Below are positions 7,927 to 15,869 of a DNA stretch of 33,720 bases, piece after piece. Made by a program: the position numbers and the translations under genes. Source of the DNA: a bacterium (GTDB taxonomy: Bacteria; Ratteibacteria; UBA8468; B48-G9; JAFGKM01); NCBI GenBank assembly GCA_029548585.1, contig JAKPNC010000259.1:1-33720 (forward strand), in the 5' to 3' direction. Positions within the stretch are counted from its first letter, which is position 1. Every line of letters begins with the position of its first letter. A model generated the notes under the pieces. The model saw nothing but the letters and a program-made list of their open reading frames with translations. It was not told where the DNA came from and did no database searches.

Positions 7927-9572
7927 AAAAAATATTGTATCTGTATAACGAATCGGTTTTCCACCCTTCAAAATGGGCGGGAGAGATCCTTTCGGACATG
8001 ATGAAGGGAGACGGCCGGTTTGAGCTTGTTATGACTGACAACCTTGATGCGCTGAAGATCCTTCCGGAGTCAGGCTACTCTGCCGTTGTAATCTACACGA
8101 CCGGGGTAAACGATGAACTGACCCCCGCCAGAGAAAAAGGGCTTCTCTCTTTCGTTGAAAATGGCGGAGGGCTGGTTGGAATCCATTCGGCCGCAGACAG
8201 CTTCAGGGGGAACCGCAGGTATGTCGGACTGATGAACGGAGAGTTCCTTTCCCATCCGGAAAGACATACTTTCGACCTGAACGTAATAGATGATTCCCAT
8301 TACATAACATCAAGGATGGAAGATTTTTCGGTTTACGACGAGATGTACCATTTGCAGGGATACGATCCTTCCAGGGCCAATACTCTCATGACAACCATGT
8401 GGCAGGGCAGAAAGATCCCCATGCTTTACGAAAGGATGCACGGCAGGGGACGGGTCGTATACGTGGCAAACGGCCATACTAAAGAAGCATGGAATTCCAG
8501 GGAATTCAGGAAGACAGTCATAAGATCGGTTGCCTATAGCGCTGGTGAAAATCCAGTAAGCAGAGAGATAAGGTGCGGCATTATTGGATACGGCCCTTCT
8601 TTTAACATGGGCAGGTATCATGCCGGATGGATCAATTCGATGAAGGGACTTAAAACCGTGGCCGTATGCGATACCGATCCTGAAAGAATAGAGGCTGCAA
8701 AAAAGGAACTTCCGGGGCTGGACGGGTATTTCGACGCCCCGGATAAGATTCTCGGGATGAAAGACCTCGACCTTGTTGTGAATATTCTCCCCCATGTTCT
8801 GCATGCTCCCATGGTTATCAAGTGCCTCGATGCCGGCAAGCATGCCATTGTTGAAAAACCTTTCTGCCTTAATACCAGGGAAGCCGACAGCATGATATCC
8901 CTTGCAGAAGAGAAGGGGCTGATGCTGAGCGTTTTTCACAACAGGAGATGGGATCCGGATTATCTTGCCATAAAGGAGATCGTCGGCAAGGGATTGATTG
9001 GCAGGATCTTCCACGTGGAGTGCGGTCTTGCGGGATACTCCCACCCGCGTTTCTGGTGGAGGTCGGACAAGGCGGTAGGGGGAGGCATTCTTTTCGACTG
9101 GGGCGCCCATTTCATGGACTGGGTGCTCAACCTGGTTGATTCCAGGATAGCCCAGGTTTCAGGAAACCTGAAGAAGCTCGTCTGGCACTCGGTGACAGCC
9201 GAGGATTACGGGCAGGTTTGCATCAGGTTTGAAAACGGGATTACCGTTGATTTCGTTTCGTCCTGCATAAGTTCTTCCTCCAGGCCCAAGTGGAGGATTC
9301 TTGGCACGAAAGGATCAATAGAGGAGAGTGCTGGAAACGAGATGGTTCTTACCAGCCTGGTTTCAGGTATCAGGCAGGAGTCCCCCGTGACATTCAAGGC
9401 AAATAAAGATGCATGGGCCGAATATTACAGGAATATAGCCGACCACCTGATAATGAAAGAGGAACTCGAGGTCAAACCCCGGCAGGCAAAGAGGGTCATA
9501 GGAATATTCGAAGTTGCGGAAAAGAGCTCTAAGGAAGGCAGGAGCCTTCCTCCTCTTGAAGGATGCGAGTAA
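7923..9572 (+). CDS. Fusion protein: an N-terminal ThuA-like domain (class-I glutamine amidotransferase-like fold) joined to a C-terminal Gfo/Idh/MocA NAD(P)-dependent oxidoreductase (ThuB-like)
   Basis: N-terminal ~210 aa: GGGLVGIHSAADSF and LMNGEFLSHPERHTFDL (ThuA family). C-terminal ~335 aa: IRCGIIGYGPSFN Rossmann start, the EKP motif (AIVEKPFC), and VFHNRRWDPDY (Gfo/Idh/MocA). Confidence 0.8.
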   Translation: MKKILYLYNESVFHPSKWAGEILSDMMKGDGRFELVMTDNLDALKILPESGYSAVVIYTTGVNDELTPAREKGLLSFVENGGGLVGIHSAADSFRGNRRYVGLMNGEFLSHPERHTFDLNVIDDSHYITSRMEDFSVYDEMYHLQGYDPSRANTLMTTMWQGRKIPMLYERMHGRGRVVYVANGHTKEAWNSREFRKTVIRSVAYSAGENPVSREIRCGIIGYGPSFNMGRYHAGWINSMKGLKTVAVCDTDPERIEAAKKELPGLDGYFDAPDKILGMKDLDLVVNILPHVLHAPMVIKCLDAGKHAIVEKPFCLNTREADSMISLAEEKGLMLSVFHNRRWDPDYLAIKEIVGKGLIGRIFHVECGLAGYSHPRFWWRSDKAVGGGILFDWGAHFMDWVLNLVDSRIAQVSGNLKKLVWHSVTAEDYGQVCIRFENGITVDFVSSCISSSSRPKWRILGTKGSIEESAGNEMVLTSLVSGIRQESPVTFKANKDAWAEYYRNIADHLIMKEELEVKPRQAKRVIGIFEVAEKSSKEGRSLPPLEGCE

Positions 9573-9628
9573 CACGATTAAAATCAAACCTGGCCCCGGA
9601 GGAATTAATACCTGGCGGCCGCTAACGG

Positions 9629-10414
9629 ATGCATATTGAACGAGGAGGATTAATGGAAGGGATAAGGTTTTTCGACTCTAATGTTTTTATAGGCACTCCT
9701 ATGATCGCCGGAACTTACGCTCCTGCGGAGTCCGCCGGGAAACTTCTGGAGACCATGGATAAAGCCGGCATAGAAAAGGCCATGGTATGGCATGTTGCCC
9801 AGCATGACAGCTCGCCGGTTTACGGCAATAACCTGCTATCAGAAGAAGTAAACGGCAGGGAGAGGCTGCTGGGAACCTGGACCGCCATTCCTCCCCAAAC
9901 GGGAGAGGTTGTGAAAGAAGGTTTTTTCGGGGAGATGAAGAGGAACAGGATTTATGGCCTGAGGATGTTTCCGGCATCTCACAGTTATCTTCTCAACAGG
10001 GTGAGCTGCGGGAAATTCCTTGACGAGGTTTCGGAGAGGAAAATACCGCTTTTCTTGTCGATATCCAGGAGGATTACCTGGCAGGATGTGTACGATATCA
10101 TGGCCCAGTTTCCTTACCTGACATGCGTGGTGTGCGATATCGGAAGCTGGAGCCCGATGAGGAACCTCCTTCCCCTTCTTGACCGGTATCCGGGATTTTA
10201 CGTCGAAACCAGCATGCTTTCACTGCACGAAGGAAACATAGAGTTCATCGTAAAAAGAAACGGGTCGGACAGGATTCTTTTCGGCACGGGTTTTCCGGAA
10301 AAGTACATCGAGTCAAATACCCTTGAGCTTCTTCACGCTGAAATACCGCTCCCGGACAAGCAAAATATCGCTTCACTCAACCTTGAAAGGATCATATCAG
10401 AGGTGAAACTATGA
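9629..10414 (+). CDS. Amidohydrolase-2 (PF04909-like) TIM-barrel protein, probably catalytically degenerate
   Basis: 261 aa, a paralog of the next ORF. Where the paralog has HAH it has IRFFDSNVF (no HxH), and where the paralog has FGTD it has LFGTGFP. RBS GAGGAGGA. Its stop overlaps the next ATG. Confidence 0.7.
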   Translation: MHIERGGLMEGIRFFDSNVFIGTPMIAGTYAPAESAGKLLETMDKAGIEKAMVWHVAQHDSSPVYGNNLLSEEVNGRERLLGTWTAIPPQTGEVVKEGFFGEMKRNRIYGLRMFPASHSYLLNRVSCGKFLDEVSERKIPLFLSISRRITWQDVYDIMAQFPYLTCVVCDIGSWSPMRNLLPLLDRYPGFYVETSMLSLHEGNIEFIVKRNGSDRILFGTGFPEKYIESNTLELLHAEIPLPDKQNIASLNLERIISEVKL

Positions 10415-11226
10415 AAGATGAACTTAGAAGAGAATTTTTCGGGAAAGGGAAGGTTGCAAATTGTCCGATTTACGACATGCATGCCCACATGGGTAACTGG
10501 TACGCCATAACCTTCCCATCGGTGGAAACCGCCGAGATGATCAGGAGGATGGGGCTGTCAAACGTTAAGCTGACGGTCTTCTGCCATCATGCCACCCTGA
10601 ATGCTCCTGATATCGGCAACAGTGTTAATATCGAGGCAGTCAGGAAATATCCCGGAAGCCTTAGGGCATACTGCGGCATCAATCCGCACTACCCTGAAAA
10701 GGCTTTGAGGGATATAGAAAAGATGGAAGAGAACAGGGATGTTTTCGTAGGATTCAAGTTACTTGCTGATTACCACAGGGTGCCCATTTCCGAGGGTGTC
10801 TACAACGATGCGTGGAAATATGCCCAGGAAAAGGAACTGCTGGTACTTCTCCACACCTGGGGCGCCAGCATGTACGATGGCCCGGCGGTAATTGAAAAAG
10901 TGGCCGAAAGGTATCCCGGGGTCAGGATCCTCATGGGACATTCATGCCACAGCAACTGGCAGGGCGCCATTGACCTGGTAAAGAAGTTTCCCAACGTCTA
11001 CATGGAGCTTTGCGCCGTTCTCGACGACAGGGGAGTTCTCGACAGGTTCGTGGGCGAGACGGGCTCGGAACGGATCGTTTTCGGAACTGACATGCCGTGG
11101 TTCAGCTACCATTATTACATAGGATCGGTGCTGGGAGCGGCCATAAGCGACCAGGACCGCAGGAATATATTCTACAGGAATGCCGAGAAGCTCCTTGCAA
11201 AGTTCCTGCCTGAAACAGGATCCTGA
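10411..11226 (+). CDS. Amidohydrolase-2 family metal-dependent hydrolase (sugar-lactonase / ACMSD-like)
   Basis: Metal-ligand motifs MHAHMGNW (HxH), LLHTWG and FGTDMPW; 271 aa. Confidence 0.75.
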   Translation: MKDELRREFFGKGKVANCPIYDMHAHMGNWYAITFPSVETAEMIRRMGLSNVKLTVFCHHATLNAPDIGNSVNIEAVRKYPGSLRAYCGINPHYPEKALRDIEKMEENRDVFVGFKLLADYHRVPISEGVYNDAWKYAQEKELLVLLHTWGASMYDGPAVIEKVAERYPGVRILMGHSCHSNWQGAIDLVKKFPNVYMELCAVLDDRGVLDRFVGETGSERIVFGTDMPWFSYHYYIGSVLGAAISDQDRRNIFYRNAEKLLAKFLPETGS

Positions 11227-11228
11227 GA

Positions 11229-11258
11229 AGGGCTGTTAAGAAAGGCTCTCTTTTTTCA
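11229..11258 (+). terminator. Weak candidate intrinsic terminator after the 7036-11226 operon
   Basis: GAGAAGGGCTGTTAAGAAAGGCTCTC followed by TTTTTT. The stem is short and imperfect. Confidence 0.3.
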
Positions 11259-11338
11259 GTCTTTCACGGCGTTTCATGTCAGGGATGCCGTAATGCGGGC
11301 ATGTTCCATATGTCGGAATTTCAGGCTTAAAATAATAC

Positions 11339-11367
11339 TTGACAGGAAAAGTATCCCGTGTTAGAAT
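11339..11367 (+). promoter_or_regulatory. Near-consensus sigma-70 promoter upstream of trpB2
   Basis: TTGACA (11339-11344), a 17-nt spacer, then TAGAAT (11362-11367). Confidence 0.55.
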
Positions 11368-11607
11368 CATTTTCATGGAAAATAATCCGTTATTTTTACC
11401 ATGCAGGAGTTGCCTTATAGAAGGATATTCACGCCTGTATCTCGCTTGGCGCCGCTGATTTTTGCCTTTCGTTTTTTCTTATCAACATTTATTGTTTTAC
11501 CTTGGGCGTTTACGTTGTACTCTAAGTGAAATGAAACCTTGCCAACAAAGAGAATAACAGCAGGATTGAAATCCCGGACAAGCCATGACCGGGTAAAGGA
11601 GAATGGA

Positions 11608-12951
11608 ATGGAAAACAAGATTATCCTGTCAGAAAAAGATATGCCGCAAAGATGGTATAATGTTCTGCCTGACCTTCCGAAACCCCTTCCCCCAGTGATG
11701 AACCCAGGGACAAGGAAACCGATAGAGCCGGGGGATCTTGCTCCAATTTTTCCCATGGCCCTCATACATCAGGAGATGTCCTCTGAAAAATGGATAGAGA
11801 TACCCGACCCTGTTTCCGACATCTACAGGCTCTACAGGCCGACGCCCCTCAGAAGGGCCAGGAATCTTGAGAAGGCCATCGGGACGAAAGCAAGGATCTA
11901 TTACAAGGACGAGTCCGTTTCTCCTCCGGGGTCACACAAGCCCAATACGGCCATCCCCCAGGTATATTACAACAAGATGGAAGGAGTAAAGAGGATATCC
12001 ACGGAAACCGGAGCAGGCCAGTGGGGCAGCGCGCTTGCCTTCGGGTGCAAGATGTTCGGGGTAGAATGCACAATTTACATGGTAAAGATTTCGTATGAAC
12101 AGAAGCCTTACAGGAGGCTTCTTGCCCAGACATGGGGCGCAACCATGTATCCCTCGCCTTCGACCAAAACAAACTACGGCCTGAAGGTTCTCAAGGACGA
12201 TCCTGTTTGTCCCGGAAGCCTTGGGATCGCTATATCTGAGGCGGTCGAGGATGCCGTTTCAAGGGAAGACACAAAGTATTCTCTCGGAAGCGTTCTCAAC
12301 CACGTCCTGCTCCACCAGACCGTGGTAGGCCTTGAGACGAAGAAACAACTCGAGATGATCGGTGAGAAGCCGGATGTTCTGATAGGATGCGTGGGCGGAG
12401 GCAGTAACTTTGCGGGGCTTATTCTGCCGTTTGTGCCGGATAAGATCAGGGGAGACAAGGTAAGGTTTCTCGGTGTGGAGCCGAAGGCCTGCCCGACACT
12501 GACAAAGGGGCTTTACAAGTACGATTTCGGGGATACCGCATGCACCACACCCCTTTTTAAGATGTTTACCCTGGGACACGGCTTCATACCCCCCGGAATA
12601 CATGCAGGAGGACTCAGGTATCACGGGGCGGCGCCCATAATATGCCATCTGCTTAACATGAAAATGATGGAGGCCAGATCCTATTACCAGAAAGAGTGTT
12701 TCCAGAGCGCCGTCCTTTTCGCCCAGAACGAAGGTTTTCTTCCTGCGCCCGAGACGTCTCATGCCATAAGGGCTGCCATAGAAGAGGCCAAAGATGCCCC
12801 GGAAGGGAAGGTTATTGTCTATAATCACAGCGGACACGGCCATTTTGACCTCGCTTCCTACCAGGCATATTTTGACGGAAAGCTGGAGGATTTCGATTAC
12901 CCGGAGGCAAAGATCAGGCAGGCTCTTTCCGAGCTTCCTGAAATAGAATAA
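11608..12951 (+). CDS. trpB: Tryptophan synthase beta-like PLP enzyme, TrpB2 type
   Basis: The long N-terminal form ([24 protein letters not shown]), the PLP lysine region [10 protein letters not shown], and GGGSNFAGL. The ATG at 11608 follows the RBS AAAGGAGAA. The listed ORF starts at a TTG at 11539; I prefer the ATG. Confidence 0.8.
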   Translation: MENKIILSEKDMPQRWYNVLPDLPKPLPPVMNPGTRKPIEPGDLAPIFPMALIHQEMSSEKWIEIPDPVSDIYRLYRPTPLRRARNLEKAIGTKARIYYKDESVSPPGSHKPNTAIPQVYYNKMEGVKRISTETGAGQWGSALAFGCKMFGVECTIYMVKISYEQKPYRRLLAQTWGATMYPSPSTKTNYGLKVLKDDPVCPGSLGIAISEAVEDAVSREDTKYSLGSVLNHVLLHQTVVGLETKKQLEMIGEKPDVLIGCVGGGSNFAGLILPFVPDKIRGDKVRFLGVEPKACPTLTKGLYKYDFGDTACTTPLFKMFTLGHGFIPPGIHAGGLRYHGAAPIICHLLNMKMMEARSYYQKECFQSAVLFAQNEGFLPAPETSHAIRAAIEEAKDAPEGKVIVYNHSGHGHFDLASYQAYFDGKLEDFDYPEAKIRQALSELPEIE

Positions 12952-12986
12952 GCTCCCTTGGAAAATGTTTTGATTTCAACCTGAAT

Positions 12987-13023
12987 GGAGCATCCCCTTC
13001 AATGGGGATGCTCCTTCTTCTTT
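12987..13023 (+). terminator. Rho-independent terminator after trpB2
   Basis: Perfect 11-bp stem GGAGCATCCCC / GGGGATGCTCC with loop TTCAAT, followed by TTCTTCTTT. Confidence 0.7.
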
Positions 13024-13225
13024 AATGTCCTCTTTAGAAGAAGACTGATATGAAATCATCCCGACAGGAGATAAAACAAAGAGGCTGTAAAAACCTGCCA
13101 ATTCTTTCTTCTGTAAGAGTTTAAGCATTAAATCCTCTGCCGGATGGGAAATCAGGTTTGTACGCCATCGCAGGTATTGTATTTTTACCGTAATTGTGGC
13201 ATAATATTGTAAAGGAGATGAGATA

Positions 13226-13993
13226 ATGAATACAATGGGGCTTTTCAGCCTGAAGGGAGAAACGGCAATAGTTACCGGTGCTGCGAGGGGACTTGGGAAA
13301 GAGATGGCCCTTGCCCTTGCCGATGCCGGAGCCAACATCGTCATTGCCGACATGGATCCGGAAGCGGCCGCATTGACGGAAAGTGAAATCAAGCAGAGGG
13401 GAGTTGACTCTATTTCACTGAAGACCGATGTCTGCAACCAGCAGGATATAGATGAGATGGCGCTCAGGGCGGTTGAAAGATTCGGGAATATTGACATCCT
13501 GGTAAATAACGCGGGTATAGTCAATAATTATCCTGCGGAGGAATTATCCGTGGAAGATTGGGACAAGGTTGTGAAAACGGACCTGTCATCAGTCTTCTAC
13601 TGTTCCAAAAGAATCGCCCGGGAGATGATAAAAAGAAAGAAAGGCTCCATCATCAACATTGCTTCTATGTCGGGGATGGTAGTCAACACTCCCCAGCCAC
13701 AGTGCCATTACAATGCAGCAAAGTCCGGAGTTATCCAGCTTACCAGGTCCCTTGCGGCAGAGTGGGCAAAATATAACATAAGGGTAAATTCCATATCCCC
13801 TGGATATATGGGCACGGAAATGGTTAAAAGGGTTCTTTCACAGTATGGGAAATACTGGTTTCCCCTCATTCCCATGGGGCGTGTCGGAGAGCCTTCCGAG
13901 ATAAGAGGACCGGTTCTCTTCCTTGCTTCCCGGGCGGGAAGCTACGTGACAGGAAGCAACGTAGTTATGGACGGCGGATACACGGTATGGTAA
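13226..13993 (+). CDS. SDR-family NAD(P)-dependent oxidoreductase (gluconate-5-dehydrogenase / 3-oxoacyl-ACP reductase-like)
   Basis: TGAARGLGKEMALALADAGA cofactor motif, NNAG motif, and the Y-x3-K catalytic pair (YNAAK); 255 aa. RBS AAAGGAGA. An extended -10 TGGCATAAT lies upstream. Confidence 0.85.
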   Translation: MNTMGLFSLKGETAIVTGAARGLGKEMALALADAGANIVIADMDPEAAALTESEIKQRGVDSISLKTDVCNQQDIDEMALRAVERFGNIDILVNNAGIVNNYPAEELSVEDWDKVVKTDLSSVFYCSKRIAREMIKRKKGSIINIASMSGMVVNTPQPQCHYNAAKSGVIQLTRSLAAEWAKYNIRVNSISPGYMGTEMVKRVLSQYGKYWFPLIPMGRVGEPSEIRGPVLFLASRAGSYVTGSNVVMDGGYTVW

Positions 13994-14024
13994 ATCTCTC
14001 GCGACGTAAAAAAAGGTACCATTA

Positions 14025-14573
14025 ATGAATAAAAGAGAAAAGATTATCCTTTATTCCCTTCTGGCCCTCCTGGGAGCGGCGGTTATCTTTTTCGCCGCGT
14101 ACAGGTACAGGGAGAGGATTTTCGGCATAAACAGGATTCTTGTATATTTTGTCAGCTATGACGAGTCCGCTAACCGGCCTTTTCTTCTTCCTGTTGGCAG
14201 GAAGGTGTCTCCCTTTTTAAAGGTGGAGAAAAGGGCAAGGGCAGCCATCGAGGAATTGCTCAAAGGACCTTCGCCCGATGAGGAGAAAAATGGAATAGCG
14301 ACAGCAATGCCGCAGAAAGCCATACTGAAGGATTTGTACGTGGAGGATGGAATTCTCTACGTGGATTTTTCAAAAGAGATAGAGGAGGGGGGGGGAAGCC
14401 TCCTGATGACAGAAAGGCTGGCACAGATAGTCTTCACTGCGACTCAGTTCGAAACAGTCGAAAAAGTCCGCCTGAAGATAGCGGGCAGTTACATAGAGTA
14501 TTTCAGCGGCGAAGGCATAACGGATGTCGATTCCCCGATGACACGGGAGAATTTCGAGGAATTCAACAGGTAA
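14025..14573 (+). CDS. GerMN-domain protein with an N-terminal membrane anchor
   Basis: N-terminal TM helix [20 protein letters not shown]. GerMN-like core (ILYVDFSKE...[22 protein letters not shown]); 182 aa. Confidence 0.65.
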   Translation: MNKREKIILYSLLALLGAAVIFFAAYRYRERIFGINRILVYFVSYDESANRPFLLPVGRKVSPFLKVEKRARAAIEELLKGPSPDEEKNGIATAMPQKAILKDLYVEDGILYVDFSKEIEEGGGSLLMTERLAQIVFTATQFETVEKVRLKIAGSYIEYFSGEGITDVDSPMTRENFEEFNR

Positions 14574-14599
14574 ACAGGAAAAATATATGGAGGAAGATG

Positions 14600-14815
14600 A
14601 TGAAAGAAAAGATACACCCGAAGTACGAAAGCTGCAACATCGTATGCGTTTGCGGCAACATGGTGAAGACAAGATCAACAAAACCCGAGATCAAGGTTGA
14701 GATATGCTCAAAGTGCCATCCTTATTTCACGGGCAAGCAGAAGTTTATTGACAGCGCTGGAATGGTGGAAAAATTCAGGAAGAAATATAAGGATTATGGC
14801 ACTAAAAAGTCCTAA
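14600..14815 (+). CDS. rpmE: 50S ribosomal protein L31 (zinc-ribbon type)
   Basis: [10 protein letters not shown] start, with cysteine motifs CNIVCVCGN...CSKCHP. RBS GGAGGA is 5 nt upstream of the ATG at 14600 (an alternative ATG at 14597 is too close to it). Confidence 0.85.
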   Translation: MKEKIHPKYESCNIVCVCGNMVKTRSTKPEIKVEICSKCHPYFTGKQKFIDSAGMVEKFRKKYKDYGTKKS

Positions 14816-15869
14816 ATCCGGAAATGATTCGGCCCTGGCATCGAAACTGGCGGAGATACAGGCAGAATATGACAGGCATCTCAGCACGGTCACAGGGGAA
14901 GAAAGATCTTCGGCGTCTTTTCGGGAGTCCATAGTAAGGATCGGGGAGCTGGAGGAGATCATCATACTGAAAAGACGGCTTGAATCTATTGAAAAAAGGA
15001 TCCGGGAAGCCGAAGATATTATACGGGGAGGCGAAGATGAGATGGAAGCCCTTGCCCGTGAAGAGCTTCAAGAGCTTGAAGCGGAGAAAAAATCGGCTGA
15101 ATCAGAAGCATGTTCTCTTTTATTTCCTGAAGATCCCGATAACCTGAAGAATGCTATCGTTGAGATAAGGGCCGGTGTCGGCGGAGATGAGGCGGCTCTT
15201 TTTGCAAGGGACCTTTTCAGGATGTACTCAAGGTTCTGCGAGAAGAAGGGATATTCTGTGGATCTTCTTACTTCCCATACGGGAGAGTCGCCGGGCTTCA
15301 AGGAAATAATATTCATTGCCCGGGGAAAAGGCGCCTACAGGGAGCTCAGGCATGAAGGAGGGGTTCACAGGGTTCAGAGGATACCCGATACCGAGAATTA
15401 CGGAAGGATACATACTTCCGCTTCAACTGTCGCGGTTTTTCCTGACGTAGAAGACAGGGACGTGAAAATAGATCCGGCAGATCTGAGAATAGACACGTTC
15501 AGATCTTCCGGAGCGGGGGGGCAGAGTGTAAATAAGACCTCTTCGGCCGTAAGGATAACCCACCTTCCAACGGGAATGGTCATAAGCTGCCAGGACGAGA
15601 GGTCCCAGATACAGAACAGGGCAAAAGGAATGAAGATACTGAAGGTAAGGCTGCAGGCCCTTTATGAGACTGAAAAAAAGGGTAAAATAGACAGCGAGAG
15701 GAGGGCTTTGGTAAGGACTGGAGAGAGAAGCGAGAAGATAAGGACGTACAATTTTCCCCAGAACAGGATTACGGATCACAGGATCGATCTGACACTGTAT
15801 AACCTTGACAGCGTAATGGAAGGCAACATGGAAGAGCTTATTGACAGGCTTAAGGAGGGGTTACAATGA
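14796..15869 (+). CDS. prfA: Peptide chain release factor 1
   Basis: GGQ motif [22 protein letters not shown], and the C-terminal [14 protein letters not shown]. Proposed ATG at 14796 (RBS AAGGA), overlapping the rpmE 3' end by 20 nt. The codon-recognition tripeptide reads PDT. Confidence 0.85.
   Translation: MALKSPKSGNDSALASKLAEIQAEYDRHLSTVTGEERSSASFRESIVRIGELEEIIILKRRLESIEKRIREAEDIIRGGEDEMEALAREELQELEAEKKSAESEACSLLFPEDPDNLKNAIVEIRAGVGGDEAALFARDLFRMYSRFCEKKGYSVDLLTSHTGESPGFKEIIFIARGKGAYRELRHEGGVHRVQRIPDTENYGRIHTSASTVAVFPDVEDRDVKIDPADLRIDTFRSSGAGGQSVNKTSSAVRITHLPTGMVISCQDERSQIQNRAKGMKILKVRLQALYETEKKGKIDSERRALVRTGERSEKIRTYNFPQNRITDHRIDLTLYNLDSVMEGNMEELIDRLKEGLQ

Noticed and set aside
11381-11464. 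27-codon upstream ORF in the trpB2 leader, considered as a classic Trp attenuator leader peptide
   Set aside because: It has only a single Trp codon and no clear terminator/antiterminator pair. I kept it as part of the leader observation and did not call it a CDS.
12976-13524. 182-aa ORF on the minus strand between trpB2 and the GerMN gene
   Set aside because: It is antisense to the strongly supported SDR gene (13226..13993) and to the trpB2 terminator. It has no motif or RBS. It is spurious.
14697-14795. The longer prfA reading frame starting at 14697 inside rpmE
   Set aside because: It would overlap rpmE by ~120 nt in another frame. The ATG at 14796 has an RBS and gives an N-terminus of normal RF1 length.
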